A stretch of DNA of 64,000 nucleotides. Source: Candidatus Nomurabacteria bacterium RIFCSPHIGHO2_12_FULL_42_19. Lineage in GTDB: Bacteria > Patescibacteriota > Minisyncoccia > Phycocordibacterales > UBA9973. A model generated the notes under the pieces. That model made no database searches, was not told where the DNA came from, and saw only the letters and a list, made by a program, of their open reading frames with translations. This document shows, piece after piece, positions 47,960-57,474 of the stretch. Every line of letters starts with the position of its first letter. The stretch's first letter is position 1. The stretch lies in the NCBI GenBank assembly GCA_001786955.1, contig MFUM01000004.1, positions 4,457-68,456 of the forward strand, read 5' to 3'. Position numbers and translations under genes: made by a program.

Positions 47960-48607
47960 TTAAATATCTATCAGTCTTTGGGACACTGAAGTCTGCAGAG
48001 AAAAGGGCGTGGCAACATTTTTAAAAGTTATCGTTCCAGTCAGTTTGATAGTAATAAAAGGTTGCTGCTGGTCGCCGGGAGGAGAAGTATAATTAGGGGG
48101 TTCGGCGCCCAATACTGAAAATCCGGAAACCGCCGAATCAATTACAACTTCGTCGGGAGTCAGTTGGATAAAATTAGATGCGCTATAAGGACCCGCCGTT
48201 GATTTGAAAATCTTGCCGCTGTCCAGATAGTAAATCCATTGATCGTCGTGATTAATCGGATCGCCGTCTGCAGCAGTAGAATCGCCATCGGCAGATTCAA
48301 AGGCTATGGCCCAGCCATTTATGCAACTCTTTGGAACGCTCACAATCGGAGAAGTAGTAGAAGGAATCGTGTCTCCGGCTGTAAAACAGTGATAATTATA
48401 TCCTGTTCTTAAATTTCTGGACATATCTTCCAGAATAAAACTTAAATTGTCTATTATTGAGCGCATGCTTTGCGATTTTTGGTGAAGCAGGTTGGCATTC
48501 AGGAGAGCGCCCATGCCGGCCATAATAATAATTATAAAAATAGACACGGCAATCATTGTTTCAATTATCGTATAACCGCCTTTAATTTTAAAATCTTTTT
48601 TAAGCAT
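47960..48607 (-). CDS. Type IV pilus minor pilin / pseudopilin (PilW/GspJ-like)
   Basis: 215 aa. GGYTIIETMIAVSIF prepilin motif. Confidence 0.75.
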   Translation of the reverse strand: MLKKDFKIKGGYTIIETMIAVSIFIIIIMAGMGALLNANLLHQKSQSMRSIIDNLSFILEDMSRNLRTGYNYHCFTAGDTIPSTTSPIVSVPKSCINGWAIAFESADGDSTAADGDPINHDDQWIYYLDSGKIFKSTAGPYSASNFIQLTPDEVVIDSAVSGFSVLGAEPPNYTSPPGDQQQPFITIKLTGTITFKNVATPFSLQTSVSQRLIDI

Positions 48608-48608
48608 A

Positions 48609-49202
48609 TTAATTTATCTGCACTCTGCCGGAAGGGTATAATTTAATTACAGCCGTCATTGATTGGGGTGATTTAATGGTAATTTGAATATAATCAAAAT
48701 TATTAGTTAATGTTGTACCACTTGAATCTTTAAAAATTGCGCCGGAATCTGTCCGTTTAAAAATAATAGATAGGGGGCTAATTGGAACACTCGGAACACA
48801 AGCAACACCGGTGCATCTGTCTATTCCAAATATGTAATTATTTTTTTGAATATCTATAGTGTTTAATGCTTCTCCGGCTTCGTAACCATTAAGATTATTA
48901 AAATCAGCAAAATAAATAAAACTTTTATTATTACTGAGGTCAAAATAAGTTCCATAAGACGGCTTCCAGGGCGAAACGGTTGGCGCCTGGGTCGGCAATA
49001 AGCCGGATAGGGATGATTTCTGCGCCTGAACGATTTGCAAAGCAATATCGCTGGCAAGATTTTTTATGTCAACTTTTGCCTGAAAACCCCCGTAGTTAAA
49101 CATCACAATAGAAGACATGGCCGAAAAAATGCTCAGAACAACAATGAGTTCTACATAACTCATTCCCGCATTTGTTCTATTTTTTTTGTTTAATTTTTTC
49201 AT
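48609..49202 (-). CDS. Type IV pilus minor pilin / pseudopilin (GspH/FimT-like)
   Basis: 197 aa. AGMSYVELIVVLSIF prepilin-like N-terminus. Confidence 0.7.
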   Translation of the reverse strand: MKKLNKKNRTNAGMSYVELIVVLSIFSAMSSIVMFNYGGFQAKVDIKNLASDIALQIVQAQKSSLSGLLPTQAPTVSPWKPSYGTYFDLSNNKSFIYFADFNNLNGYEAGEALNTIDIQKNNYIFGIDRCTGVACVPSVPISPLSIIFKRTDSGAIFKDSSGTTLTNNFDYIQITIKSPQSMTAVIKLYPSGRVQIN

Positions 49203-49238
49203 TTTTTAAAGAAAGAACCGTTCTTGCTTAAAACTTGC

Positions 49239-50063
49239 CTAAAAAAGACGCAATTCAAAAAGAAACGCCAAGAGCGCGCCTAAAACCAGATATGGAGCAA
49301 AGGGAATTTCGCTTTTTATTCCGTATTTTTTAGAAAAAACAACAAGAGAAAGACCGACAATGGCCCCAAGCCAGAAAGCGACCACAAGGCCGGAGAATGC
49401 GCGCGCGAGCCCAAGCAGCCATCCCAAGCCGACTGCCAGTTTGGCATCCCCCAGCCCCATCCAAGTTCCGGAAGACACGAGCCAAAATAAATAAAAAGGT
49501 AAAGCAATCAAGAAGCCGGACAAAAATTCCAAAATTGAAGGCATGTGCGGATAAAAACCTGCCTGCGCCCAGCCTGCGCTGGCAGAAGACAGGCCAGAAT
49601 TGTTAAAAAAGAATAAGCCGATAAAACCAAGAGCGCCTAAGGCAAAAGCGAGCGAGTCGGGGATTATTTTATGCCGGAGGTCGTAGACGGCAATAACCAC
49701 CAGAAGCGCGAATATCGCGGCATAATAAGCATAAGCGATAATAAATGCGGGAGTAAAAAAACTAAACTGTCCGCCCAGGGCGGAAAACTTTAAAAAGAGC
49801 GCCGCAAAAATCAGGCCGGTCGCCAGCTCGACCAAAGGATAGGAAATTGAGATTCTTGTTTTGCAGGTTCGGCATCTACCTCCCAAAACAAAAAAACTTG
49901 CGAGCGGGACAAGCTCATACCAGCAAAGAGTATTCTGACAGGACATACAGGCGCTTCTCCCGCCGAAGGATCTCTCGGTGTTCAGCCGGGCAATGACAAC
50001 ATTTAAAAAACTTCCGATAATCAGGCCAAAAAAAAAGAAAATAATTGTAACTACAATGATCAT
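49239..50063 (-). CDS. pilD: Prepilin peptidase (A24 family, leader peptidase / N-methyltransferase)
   Basis: 274 aa. Zinc motif CMSCQNTL...CRTCKTRISISYPLVEL, multiple TM helices, catalytic Asp region MGLGDAKL. Confidence 0.9.
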   Translation of the reverse strand: MIIVVTIIFFFFGLIIGSFLNVVIARLNTERSFGGRSACMSCQNTLCWYELVPLASFFVLGGRCRTCKTRISISYPLVELATGLIFAALFLKFSALGGQFSFFTPAFIIAYAYYAAIFALLVVIAVYDLRHKIIPDSLAFALGALGFIGLFFFNNSGLSSASAGWAQAGFYPHMPSILEFLSGFLIALPFYLFWLVSSGTWMGLGDAKLAVGLGWLLGLARAFSGLVVAFWLGAIVGLSLVVFSKKYGIKSEIPFAPYLVLGALLAFLFELRLF

Positions 50064-50084
50064 ATTAATTAAAACTATCCGTAA

Positions 50085-50543
50085 TTAATCACAAATCGGG
50101 CCGGAAATATTACCTATTTCCCCTTTGGCGTTGCCTTGAGAATCAATACACCAATAATTGAAATTTCCTTCTTTGCTTTTTAGTAAAGCCGAAACCACAT
50201 AGGCTGAGGGATTAGCAGCACAGGTTGGCATTGTCCCGCCACTTTGTTTTTGCGCTTCCAGTATCGCTGCCCAAATTACAGTATTGCTAAATGGCGTACC
50301 GGCAGTCTGAGCGCAAGGTCCGATACTATGAGAATCAGTCCCATAAGCATTCGGAATATTATTCAAATACAACAACTCCGTTTGCTGCATTACGGTCCTA
50401 AGATTTGTTTTAACTCCGGCATTTGCCCCTTTGGCTCTTGAAGCGGAAGTGGAAGTTAGTATTACTCCGGTCAAAATAGCAATAATCGCGACAACGACCA
50501 ATAATTCAATTAACGTGAAACCTCGTTTAAAATTAGTTTTCAT
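50085..50543 (-). CDS. pilA: Type IV pilin (major pilin paralog 2)
   Basis: Starts [29 protein letters not shown]. Start set at 50543; the ORF track's 50606 lies upstream of the promoter-like TATAAT and of pilA1's terminator. Confidence 0.85.
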   Translation of the reverse strand: MKTNFKRGFTLIELLVVVAIIAILTGVILTSTSASRAKGANAGVKTNLRTVMQQTELLYLNNIPNAYGTDSHSIGPCAQTAGTPFSNTVIWAAILEAQKQSGGTMPTCAANPSAYVVSALLKSKEGNFNYWCIDSQGNAKGEIGNISGPICD

Positions 50544-50605
50544 AAATTTATCTTTCCTATTAAAAGGACTTTCTAATCCATTTATTATACCAAACCAAAC
50601 AAGCA

Positions 50606-50645
50606 AAAACCACCCTGAGTTTTCTTGGAGGGTGGTTTTTGTTTG
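50606..50645 (-). terminator. Intrinsic terminator after pilA1 (ACCACCCT-loop-AGGGTGGT plus a T-run)
   Basis: Hairpin at 50606..50640. In the minus sense it is followed by TTTTGCTTGTTTGG. A TATAAT box for the second pilin lies downstream. Confidence 0.6.
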
Positions 50646-50665
50646 TTGTAATCTTTAAACAGATG

Positions 50666-51112
50666 TTATGAACATACGCCAACTGTTGGTACGGTGTTAT
50701 AGGCCTTTACCCATCCAGAGTTATCTACGCACCATGTTCCAGTGCCTTTTAACGCAGGAACACTCATAGACCACTTTTGTCCACTTGAACCAACAGAACA
50801 AGATGCGGTGCTGCCAGATTGAGTATTAACTTGAACAATTGCTGCTGCAATAACAGGATCAGCAAACATACCAGTAGCTGTGGTACATGCGGTAGCGCCA
50901 AAATCAGAAGCAGCATATTTATTACCACCAGTGACACTATCATAATAAAGTTCTGCTTGTGCACGAACATTTGCCATATTCGCTTTTACCGCCGCATCCG
51001 CGCCCTTGGAACGCGCCGAGTTCAATGATGCAAGCACGACTGATGCCAATATGCCGATAATCGCCACGACCACCAAAAGTTCAATTAACGTGAAACCTTT
51101 ATTCATTTTCAT
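50666..51112 (-). CDS. pilA: Type IV pilin (major pilin PilA)
   Basis: 148 aa. Starts [28 protein letters not shown]-terminal Cys pair. Confidence 0.9.
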   Translation of the reverse strand: MKMNKGFTLIELLVVVAIIGILASVVLASLNSARSKGADAAVKANMANVRAQAELYYDSVTGGNKYAASDFGATACTTATGMFADPVIAAAIVQVNTQSGSTASCSVGSSGQKWSMSVPALKGTGTWCVDNSGWVKAYNTVPTVGVCS

Positions 51113-51241
51113 AATCTTAATTTCTAAACTAAATTAATAATAATTAATAATGCAATTTCGACTCCCGCCTGCTCCCATAGGGCGGGCAGGTATTTTTAAT
51201 ACGTTCATTATAACATATATGCAAAAAAGTTATCCACACCC

Positions 51242-52450
51242 CTAACTTATCCCTCCCGCTAGATTGTAAATAGGCATTAATACGGAAACCAAAAGTACAC
51301 CTACTCCCAAGCCCAAGACCACAATCATTACAGGCTCTATCATGCCGACTAATGTATCAACCGCATCGTCCACTTCCCGCTTATAAAAATCGGTCAGAGT
51401 TTTTAAAATAGCGCCGAGAGAGCCTGTTTCTTCGCCGACTAAGACCATTTGCACCATAATTCCGGGTATTTGTTCTCCGTGCTTTTCAAGCGCCGCCGAG
51501 AAAGCCAATCCTGATTTTACTCCGTCTGCCACTTCTGCCAGCAGGTTTTTATATACCAGACTGCCTACGACTTGCCCGGTAATGTCTATTGCCCGAACTA
51601 TCGGGACACCCGACAGAAGCATAGTGTTCAAATTGTCCGTTATTCTGGAAAGATAAAGTTTTTTATATAAATTGCCTACAACCGGAGTGGAAAGACGCAA
51701 ACCATCAAGATATACTTTCCCTCTCTCCGTAGAAGCCAGCCGCCAAACCCAGATTCCTAAAAGCACGAGAAAAATCAGCGCAAAAAGACCGTAGTGAACA
51801 AAAAAATTAGAAACGGCAATCACTATTTTAGTATAAAAAGGCACGGCTTGGCCGGAATCCAGAATAATTGTGGAAAGTTTCGGGATTACAATCACGAACA
51901 TCAAACTCATCACGATAAAAAAGGTGGCAATAACAAAAGCCGGGTAAATAAGCGCGTTCCTGGTCTTGGAAGTAAGGGCGTATTGGCGATCCAGGTAGTC
52001 TGCCAAATGCAAAAACGTTTGGTTGAGTTTTCCCGTCTCTTCACCCACCTTAACCATATTTATATAAAAATCGGAAAAAACATCCGGATGATGGGAGAGA
52101 GAGCCAGAAATGGAAACCCCCGCCTGAAGATCGTCGCCAACTTGGGTAAGCTTATGCCCAAGAAGTTTGTTTTCGGTGTTCGCCGCAAGCATCGTAAAAG
52201 CTTTCAAGGCAGAAACCTGCGCTTCAAATAAAGTGGAAATCTGGCGTGAAAGAATCACTATGTCTTTCGGCTTTACTCTTTCAAAAAAGGAAAGCTGGAA
52301 AATCGATTTATTTTCTCCCTCTTCTTTGATAGAAATAACAACCAAGCCCCTGCGCTGAAGCCCGCTTATTGCTATGTCGCGGTTAGGCGCATCAATTTCT
52401 CCCTCTTTGTTTATACCCTTATCATCTATTGCCTTGTATTTAAATAACAT
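51242..52450 (-). CDS. pilC: Type IV pilus assembly platform protein PilC (GspF family)
   Basis: 402 aa with two GspF repeats and 3 TM segments. Confidence 0.9.
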   Translation of the reverse strand: MLFKYKAIDDKGINKEGEIDAPNRDIAISGLQRRGLVVISIKEEGENKSIFQLSFFERVKPKDIVILSRQISTLFEAQVSALKAFTMLAANTENKLLGHKLTQVGDDLQAGVSISGSLSHHPDVFSDFYINMVKVGEETGKLNQTFLHLADYLDRQYALTSKTRNALIYPAFVIATFFIVMSLMFVIVIPKLSTIILDSGQAVPFYTKIVIAVSNFFVHYGLFALIFLVLLGIWVWRLASTERGKVYLDGLRLSTPVVGNLYKKLYLSRITDNLNTMLLSGVPIVRAIDITGQVVGSLVYKNLLAEVADGVKSGLAFSAALEKHGEQIPGIMVQMVLVGEETGSLGAILKTLTDFYKREVDDAVDTLVGMIEPVMIVVLGLGVGVLLVSVLMPIYNLAGGIS

Positions 52451-52473
52451 AGAAATTTAAATTAACTTTTTGA

Positions 52474-52520
52474 CCACAGGTCGGACCTGTGGGTTTCCCA
52501 TAGGTCTGATCTGTGGTCCT
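52474..52520. repeat. Intercistronic palindrome CCACAGGTCGGACCTGTGG, followed by a second imperfect inverted repeat, between pilT and pilC
   Basis: Seen directly; no T-run follows on the coding strand. Confidence 0.5.
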
Positions 52521-52521
52521 A

Positions 52522-53580
52522 TTATATCAAGCGCTCAAGCCCTTTTGGATTAAGCGAATATTGATAAGCGTTATCTATGGAAATTTCCCCGGCGCGCACA
52601 AGCTCTATCAATGAATGATTCAAATCCACCATTCCGGATTCCATTCCCGTTTCAATAACCACATCTATTTCGTGCGTGCGTTTTTCGCGGATTAAGTTGG
52701 CAACCGCATTATTATTCAAAAGAAGCTCATAAGCCGGAATAAGCCCGCCCGCAATTCTGGGAATAAGCCTCTGGGAAAAAATACCGAGCAGGCTGGCTGC
52801 AAGCTGGGCGCGGATTTGGTCCTGCTGGTCGCCCGGAAAAGAGTCAATTATCCTGTCAATGGTCTGGGAGGCGTTATTGGTATGTAGGGTTGAAAGCACG
52901 AGATGCCCCGTCTCAGCCGCCGTTACAGCGGTTGCAATGGTTTCCGGATTGCGCATCTCACCTACCATTATTACGTTCATATCTTCGCGAAAAGCCGATT
53001 TTAGCGCCGTATGAAAATCTTTCGTATCAATACCGACTTCACGCTGACTAACAATAGATTTGTCGGGCGTGTATACATGTTCAATCGGATCTTCTATGGT
53101 TATTATATTACGCGCTTGTTCATTGTTAATTACATTAATCATTGCCGATAAAGTGGTTGACTTGCCTTGTCCGACAGGACCAACAACCAGAAAAAAACCC
53201 TGTTTCTTGCGGGCTAAATCGGCCAAAATGGGAGGCAGACGCAATTCTGTCATAGTCTGAACTTTAGGCACTAGTCTGAAAACTATATTAATCAAGCCTT
53301 TTTGGTAAAAGGCATTGCCGCGCAGTCTCGCTTTGCCGCGAAAATCATAAGAAAAATCGGCTTCTTGGTTTTCCTTAAATCTGTCAATTTTTTCTTTTTC
53401 CAGTATTTCGCCCAAAAATCCCAACATATCTTCTTGGGTCAAGACCGGATGCTTGGCAAGAAAAATAAGTTCTCCGGATACGCGGATAGCCGGCGCGCGC
53501 CCGGCGCCCAAATGCAAATCCGAGCCATTTTCGTGAATAACATTCAAAACAAGTTCTTCAAGTTCTTTTTTATAATCCAT
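52522..53580 (-). CDS. pilT: Twitching-motility (retraction) ATPase PilT
   Basis: 352 aa. Walker A GPVGQGKSTT. PilT-type AIRNLIRE-like region NAVANLIREKRTHEI. Confidence 0.9.
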   Translation of the reverse strand: MDYKKELEELVLNVIHENGSDLHLGAGRAPAIRVSGELIFLAKHPVLTQEDMLGFLGEILEKEKIDRFKENQEADFSYDFRGKARLRGNAFYQKGLINIVFRLVPKVQTMTELRLPPILADLARKKQGFFLVVGPVGQGKSTTLSAMINVINNEQARNIITIEDPIEHVYTPDKSIVSQREVGIDTKDFHTALKSAFREDMNVIMVGEMRNPETIATAVTAAETGHLVLSTLHTNNASQTIDRIIDSFPGDQQDQIRAQLAASLLGIFSQRLIPRIAGGLIPAYELLLNNNAVANLIREKRTHEIDVVIETGMESGMVDLNHSLIELVRAGEISIDNAYQYSLNPKGLERLI

Positions 53581-53586
53581 GATTTT

Positions 53587-53988
53587 TTATTTTGGAATAA
53601 TAACTTTTTTTTCTAAAATTTTTATCACTTGGTCAATTACTTCTGCCGGAGTAGAATTCGCCTTCACGATATATCCGGCTACTCCCAGCCGATTGCCTTC
53701 GTCAATATCTGATTGCTGGCTTTTATTGGATAAAACTATTTTCAAGCAATTCGGACACAATTTTTGCATATTTATTTTCGCCAGCATCTCAAAACCGTCC
53801 ATCTCCGGCATAATGATATCCATCAGCATGACATCAGGGCTTAATCCGCCTTTAAGTTTTTCTAGAGCCTGTCCGCCGCTTGGCGCCGTATAAACCTCAA
53901 AATTATTTTGGCTGAATTTAAGCGCATACATATCCAAAAGAAAGCTATCGTCATCAACTATTAAAATTTTTCTTTTTTCGCCTTCCAT
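53587..53988 (-). CDS. Stand-alone response-regulator receiver domain (CheY/PilH-like)
   Basis: KILIVDDDSFLLDMYALKF...DVMLMDIIMPEMDGFEML. The ATG is at 53988 (MEGEKRK). The ORF track's 54054 start adds a non-REC N-terminal extension. Confidence 0.8.
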   Translation of the reverse strand: MEGEKRKILIVDDDSFLLDMYALKFSQNNFEVYTAPSGGQALEKLKGGLSPDVMLMDIIMPEMDGFEMLAKINMQKLCPNCLKIVLSNKSQQSDIDEGNRLGVAGYIVKANSTPAEVIDQVIKILEKKVIIPK

Positions 53989-54065
53989 ATAATATTCCTT
54001 CTTTAAGCCAACATCCCCAATTATACTATAAAACAGCCACCAAGAGAAATTCATTGTTGCACATT

Positions 54066-55808
54066 CTATTCGCTCTCATTGCTGAAATTGTAGACTTCCG
54101 TGAAAGGAATTATGCCTTGCAGGGACTTTAACATGGCATCTTCTCTCATCATCAGCATTCCTTTACTGCGGGCCAATTTGTAAATTGCCGCATTGGTGGG
54201 ATTTTTCAGTATTATAGCCTGCATTTCCTTGTCAATTTTAAACATTTCAAAAACAGCAATACGGCCGCGTGTTCCGGAAGGACATTCGGGAGACGGTACG
54301 GTATCGTACATCTTGTCGCCTATTTTCGGCTTGAATTCAGCCGGTAAATCTTTCATTTGCTCTTCAATCTGCATCCTGACGCTTTGATCCATCGGCATCT
54401 CTTTGCGTGAAGACGGAAAGGTCATCCGAGCCAGACGCTGGGCAATAGAAACAATCAATGTCGGCGCAATCAAATATGGGTCAACTCCCATGTCCACAAG
54501 GCGAGGGACCGCGCCAATCGCGTTATTGGTATGAAGCGTAGAGAGCACGAGGTGTCCGGTCAAAGCCGCCTGAATCGCGAGCTGGGCCGTCTCCTTGTCG
54601 CGGATTTCTCCAACCATGATTATGTCCGGGTCCTGGCGCAGGATTGAACGAAGTCCTGAAGCAAACGTATAGCCAATCTCGGGCATCATTTGCGACTGAT
54701 TAATATCCGGCATATGATACTCCACCGGATCCTCCAAAGACACAATATTGCTTTTTTCCTTATCCAGCTCATTCATCATTGAATACAGAGTAGTTGATTT
54801 TCCGGATCCTGTCGGGCCGGTAATCAGGATAAGCCCATACGGCTTTTTTATCGCTTCTCTGATTATGTTCAGATTTGTTTCCGATAGGCCTAATTGGTCC
54901 AGCGGCTTGACTCCTTTTTCGGAATCCAGAATACGCATGACAACTTTTTCGCCATAATATGCCGGCATGGTGGAAACGCGAAAATCAATCTTGCGCCCGT
55001 CAATATTAGCGCTAAAAGACCCGTCTTGAGGCTTACGTTTCTCGTCCAATCGCAGCTTGGAAAGAATTTTTATACGCGCTACAATCCCGCCATAAACATT
55101 CGGCGGCAATACTATTGTGGTATGAAGCGCGCCATCCACCCGAAAACGTACTTTTACTTTTTCCCCCGTGTATTCAATGTGTATATCCGAAGCGCCTCCT
55201 TCAATGGCGTTGCGAAGTATGACGGCGACAATTTTTATAACCGGCGCGTCTTCCACTATTTTTGCTTCTTCGCCCGGTTTTATATTTTTAATTTCTTTGC
55301 TTAAATTTTCCTCGCTCAAGCTTTTAACATTGGCCATCTCCTCCTGACTCAATTCTTTAAGAGCTTCTTCAACTTGGCTTCCTATGCCCTTGTAAGTTTC
55401 CATAATGCCTTCATAATCGCTTTTGGAAATAAGAAAAATTTTGAAGGGAATGCCGATTTTGGTGGAAATAAACTGCAACGCATCCATCGCCTGTATATTT
55501 TCCGGGTCCATTACTCCCACTTCCAATACTCCGTCTTTCAACTCAATCGGGGCAAAATGATAATGGGTCGCCGAGTCTTCCGAAATATATTTCAGGGCAT
55601 CAAAAGATGTTTCTGCCGGATTTATATTTTTCACCGGTATGCCCAAATATTCTCCTTTTAGTTCAAGAATTTTTTCTTCCGGAACGCCGGACTCAATCAG
55701 CACTTCGTCAACATCACCGTCATAATCCCGGCTTGCACGGCTTTTAATCTCGCTTATTTGGCCTTCTTTGATTACGCCTCTTTTAGCTAATTCTTCTAAA
55801 AAGCTCAT
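54066..55808 (-). CDS. pilB: Type IV pilus assembly (extension) ATPase PilB (GspE family)
   Basis: 580 aa. Walker A GPTGSGKSTTLY and the tetracysteine motif CPECPSGTRGR. Confidence 0.9.
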   Translation of the reverse strand: MSFLEELAKRGVIKEGQISEIKSRASRDYDGDVDEVLIESGVPEEKILELKGEYLGIPVKNINPAETSFDALKYISEDSATHYHFAPIELKDGVLEVGVMDPENIQAMDALQFISTKIGIPFKIFLISKSDYEGIMETYKGIGSQVEEALKELSQEEMANVKSLSEENLSKEIKNIKPGEEAKIVEDAPVIKIVAVILRNAIEGGASDIHIEYTGEKVKVRFRVDGALHTTIVLPPNVYGGIVARIKILSKLRLDEKRKPQDGSFSANIDGRKIDFRVSTMPAYYGEKVVMRILDSEKGVKPLDQLGLSETNLNIIREAIKKPYGLILITGPTGSGKSTTLYSMMNELDKEKSNIVSLEDPVEYHMPDINQSQMMPEIGYTFASGLRSILRQDPDIIMVGEIRDKETAQLAIQAALTGHLVLSTLHTNNAIGAVPRLVDMGVDPYLIAPTLIVSIAQRLARMTFPSSRKEMPMDQSVRMQIEEQMKDLPAEFKPKIGDKMYDTVPSPECPSGTRGRIAVFEMFKIDKEMQAIILKNPTNAAIYKLARSKGMLMMREDAMLKSLQGIIPFTEVYNFSNESE

Positions 55809-55817
55809 AAATTAAAA

Positions 55818-56243
55818 TTAAGGAACGATTGGCGTCTGATTGTTTGGGATCGTATTTGGAACATTTGAGACATCGAGAGGCGCGGATATATTTTCAGCGC
55901 CAAATTGGGCAAAAGGATTTGGTCTGCCTTCGGTGCCATCCGGTATAAGATTTATTGGAGTATCGTGTAAATTAATAAACGCCGGATCGGAAAAAACAGC
56001 ATCATTCAATTTTATATTCTTGACATTCAATAGCAAGGTAAGAAAATCCCTGGCAACCAAAGAGGTCGGGTTTTGAATATTTATATCCGCAGGTAAATTA
56101 TTCGCGTCCGGCAATGAAGTATTGGAAGGCGATAAAACCAAACTACCTTGATCGGGGGATGATTTTATGAAAAAAACATAAATCAAAACAAAAATCCCGG
56201 CGATTATTACAAATATTATGATGTTTCTGATTTTGGGAATCAT
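55818..56243 (-). CDS. Hypothetical membrane-anchored protein (in PilP position)
   Basis: 141 aa with an N-terminal TM segment. Located between pilO and pilB. Confidence 0.4.
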   Translation of the reverse strand: MIPKIRNIIIFVIIAGIFVLIYVFFIKSSPDQGSLVLSPSNTSLPDANNLPADINIQNPTSLVARDFLTLLLNVKNIKLNDAVFSDPAFINLHDTPINLIPDGTEGRPNPFAQFGAENISAPLDVSNVPNTIPNNQTPIVP

Positions 56244-56244
56244 T

Positions 56245-56850
56245 TTAATTTTTTAGCCAATAAGTTCTAATGTGAAAATTATATTTGTAAACTTCGGAAG
56301 AAGAAGCCGATTTTGTATTGATGTTCACGCCCGTATCGGATGAAAAGGCAATTGATGATATGTCCACAATCCTGAGATTACTTTCCAGGTTCTTGGTAAA
56401 ATTAATAAAATTATGATAAGTTCCCGATGTGGAAAATTCCAAATCAAAAATTCCATAATCCTTGTGCGCCGGCTTGGCAATTCCGCCCTGGACCACCGCT
56501 GTTGTTGTAGTCGCCACGGCATTTGTATCCGTTGTGTTATATTTTACATCTTTCAAAACCATTCCATAAGGCGACGCCATTTGTTCTATTTCAAGAATCA
56601 GACGGATATTGTCAACATTCTCAGGCAGGAGTTTTTTAATTTTTATTAAATTTTCCGGATCAACAGCATTGTATTTGGCGGTCAATTTATCCCGTTCGTT
56701 TTCAAGCATTTTAGAATTGTCAAGCGCTTCATTATAAGCTGTGGCCTGGATTTTTAATGCGGACACATCTTCATAAAGGGGATTAGCAAATACGAAAAAG
56801 ACAGAGACTGCGATTCCTATCAAGATAATTGGCATGATAAATCTCATCAT
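56245..56850 (-). CDS. pilO: PilO-like type IV pilus inner-membrane component
   Basis: 201 aa. TM segment followed by a coiled-coil. Assignment is by position after pilN. Confidence 0.55.
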   Translation of the reverse strand: MMRFIMPIILIGIAVSVFFVFANPLYEDVSALKIQATAYNEALDNSKMLENERDKLTAKYNAVDPENLIKIKKLLPENVDNIRLILEIEQMASPYGMVLKDVKYNTTDTNAVATTTTAVVQGGIAKPAHKDYGIFDLEFSTSGTYHNFINFTKNLESNLRIVDISSIAFSSDTGVNINTKSASSSEVYKYNFHIRTYWLKN

Positions 56851-56856
56851 AAAAAT

Positions 56857-57447
56857 TTAACTCTGGAGTGTCTGTTTATAATTGACAAAACTCGGATCGA
56901 CCGAAAATTCCAAATCAAAAAGAACACTGCCTTTGTCGTCCAGGGTTAGGTTGGAAAAAATAGGATCAATCAAATTTTTATTTTTAGCGAACAAGTCAGA
57001 TTGAAGCGCCACCGAACTATAGCCGATTGCCTGTCCGGATATTTTAATGCTTATCCTGGTATTTTTATCCGTTTCAAGATTATAGCCGAATTTGGTATAG
57101 CGGATGGTTTTCATGGTAATGCTATCCAGCGTATTGAAAACGGGAGTAATGGCAATATGTTTGGATAAAATTTCGCTTGCTGCGCGCAGACGCCTGTCTA
57201 AAGTTTGCAATTCGGTTATTTTAGAAGGCTCAAAACGATTTTTGGCCAAGTTAAGGGTGTTCTCCATTTTCGTAATGTTTTTTATTACGATTCCTTTATA
57301 AAAATAAAGGCCTCCGGTTGCTAAAAGCACGGCGAATAAAACAAAAATAGAAGCAATAAGCAAAATACCGACAGGCCGCGCGGAAACAGCGCGCTCCCTG
57401 ACTATGGGTTTTTTGGGTATAAATGATGTTTGAAAATTTTGATCCAT
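56857..57447 (-). CDS. pilN: PilN-like type IV pilus inner-membrane component
   Basis: 196 aa with a single TM segment and a coiled-coil. Directly downstream of pilM. Confidence 0.55.
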   Translation of the reverse strand: MDQNFQTSFIPKKPIVRERAVSARPVGILLIASIFVLFAVLLATGGLYFYKGIVIKNITKMENTLNLAKNRFEPSKITELQTLDRRLRAASEILSKHIAITPVFNTLDSITMKTIRYTKFGYNLETDKNTRISIKISGQAIGYSSVALQSDLFAKNKNLIDPIFSNLTLDDKGSVLFDLEFSVDPSFVNYKQTLQS

Positions 57448-57474
57448 CTTCTTTTCCTTGCTTTATTATCGCAC

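Noticed and set aside
51113-51241. Possible sigma-54 (-24/-12) promoter TGGATAACTTTTTTGCA upstream of pilA
   Set aside because: The GG to GC spacing is one nucleotide longer than the consensus, and there is no supporting enhancer-binding protein in the window. Left as unresolved.
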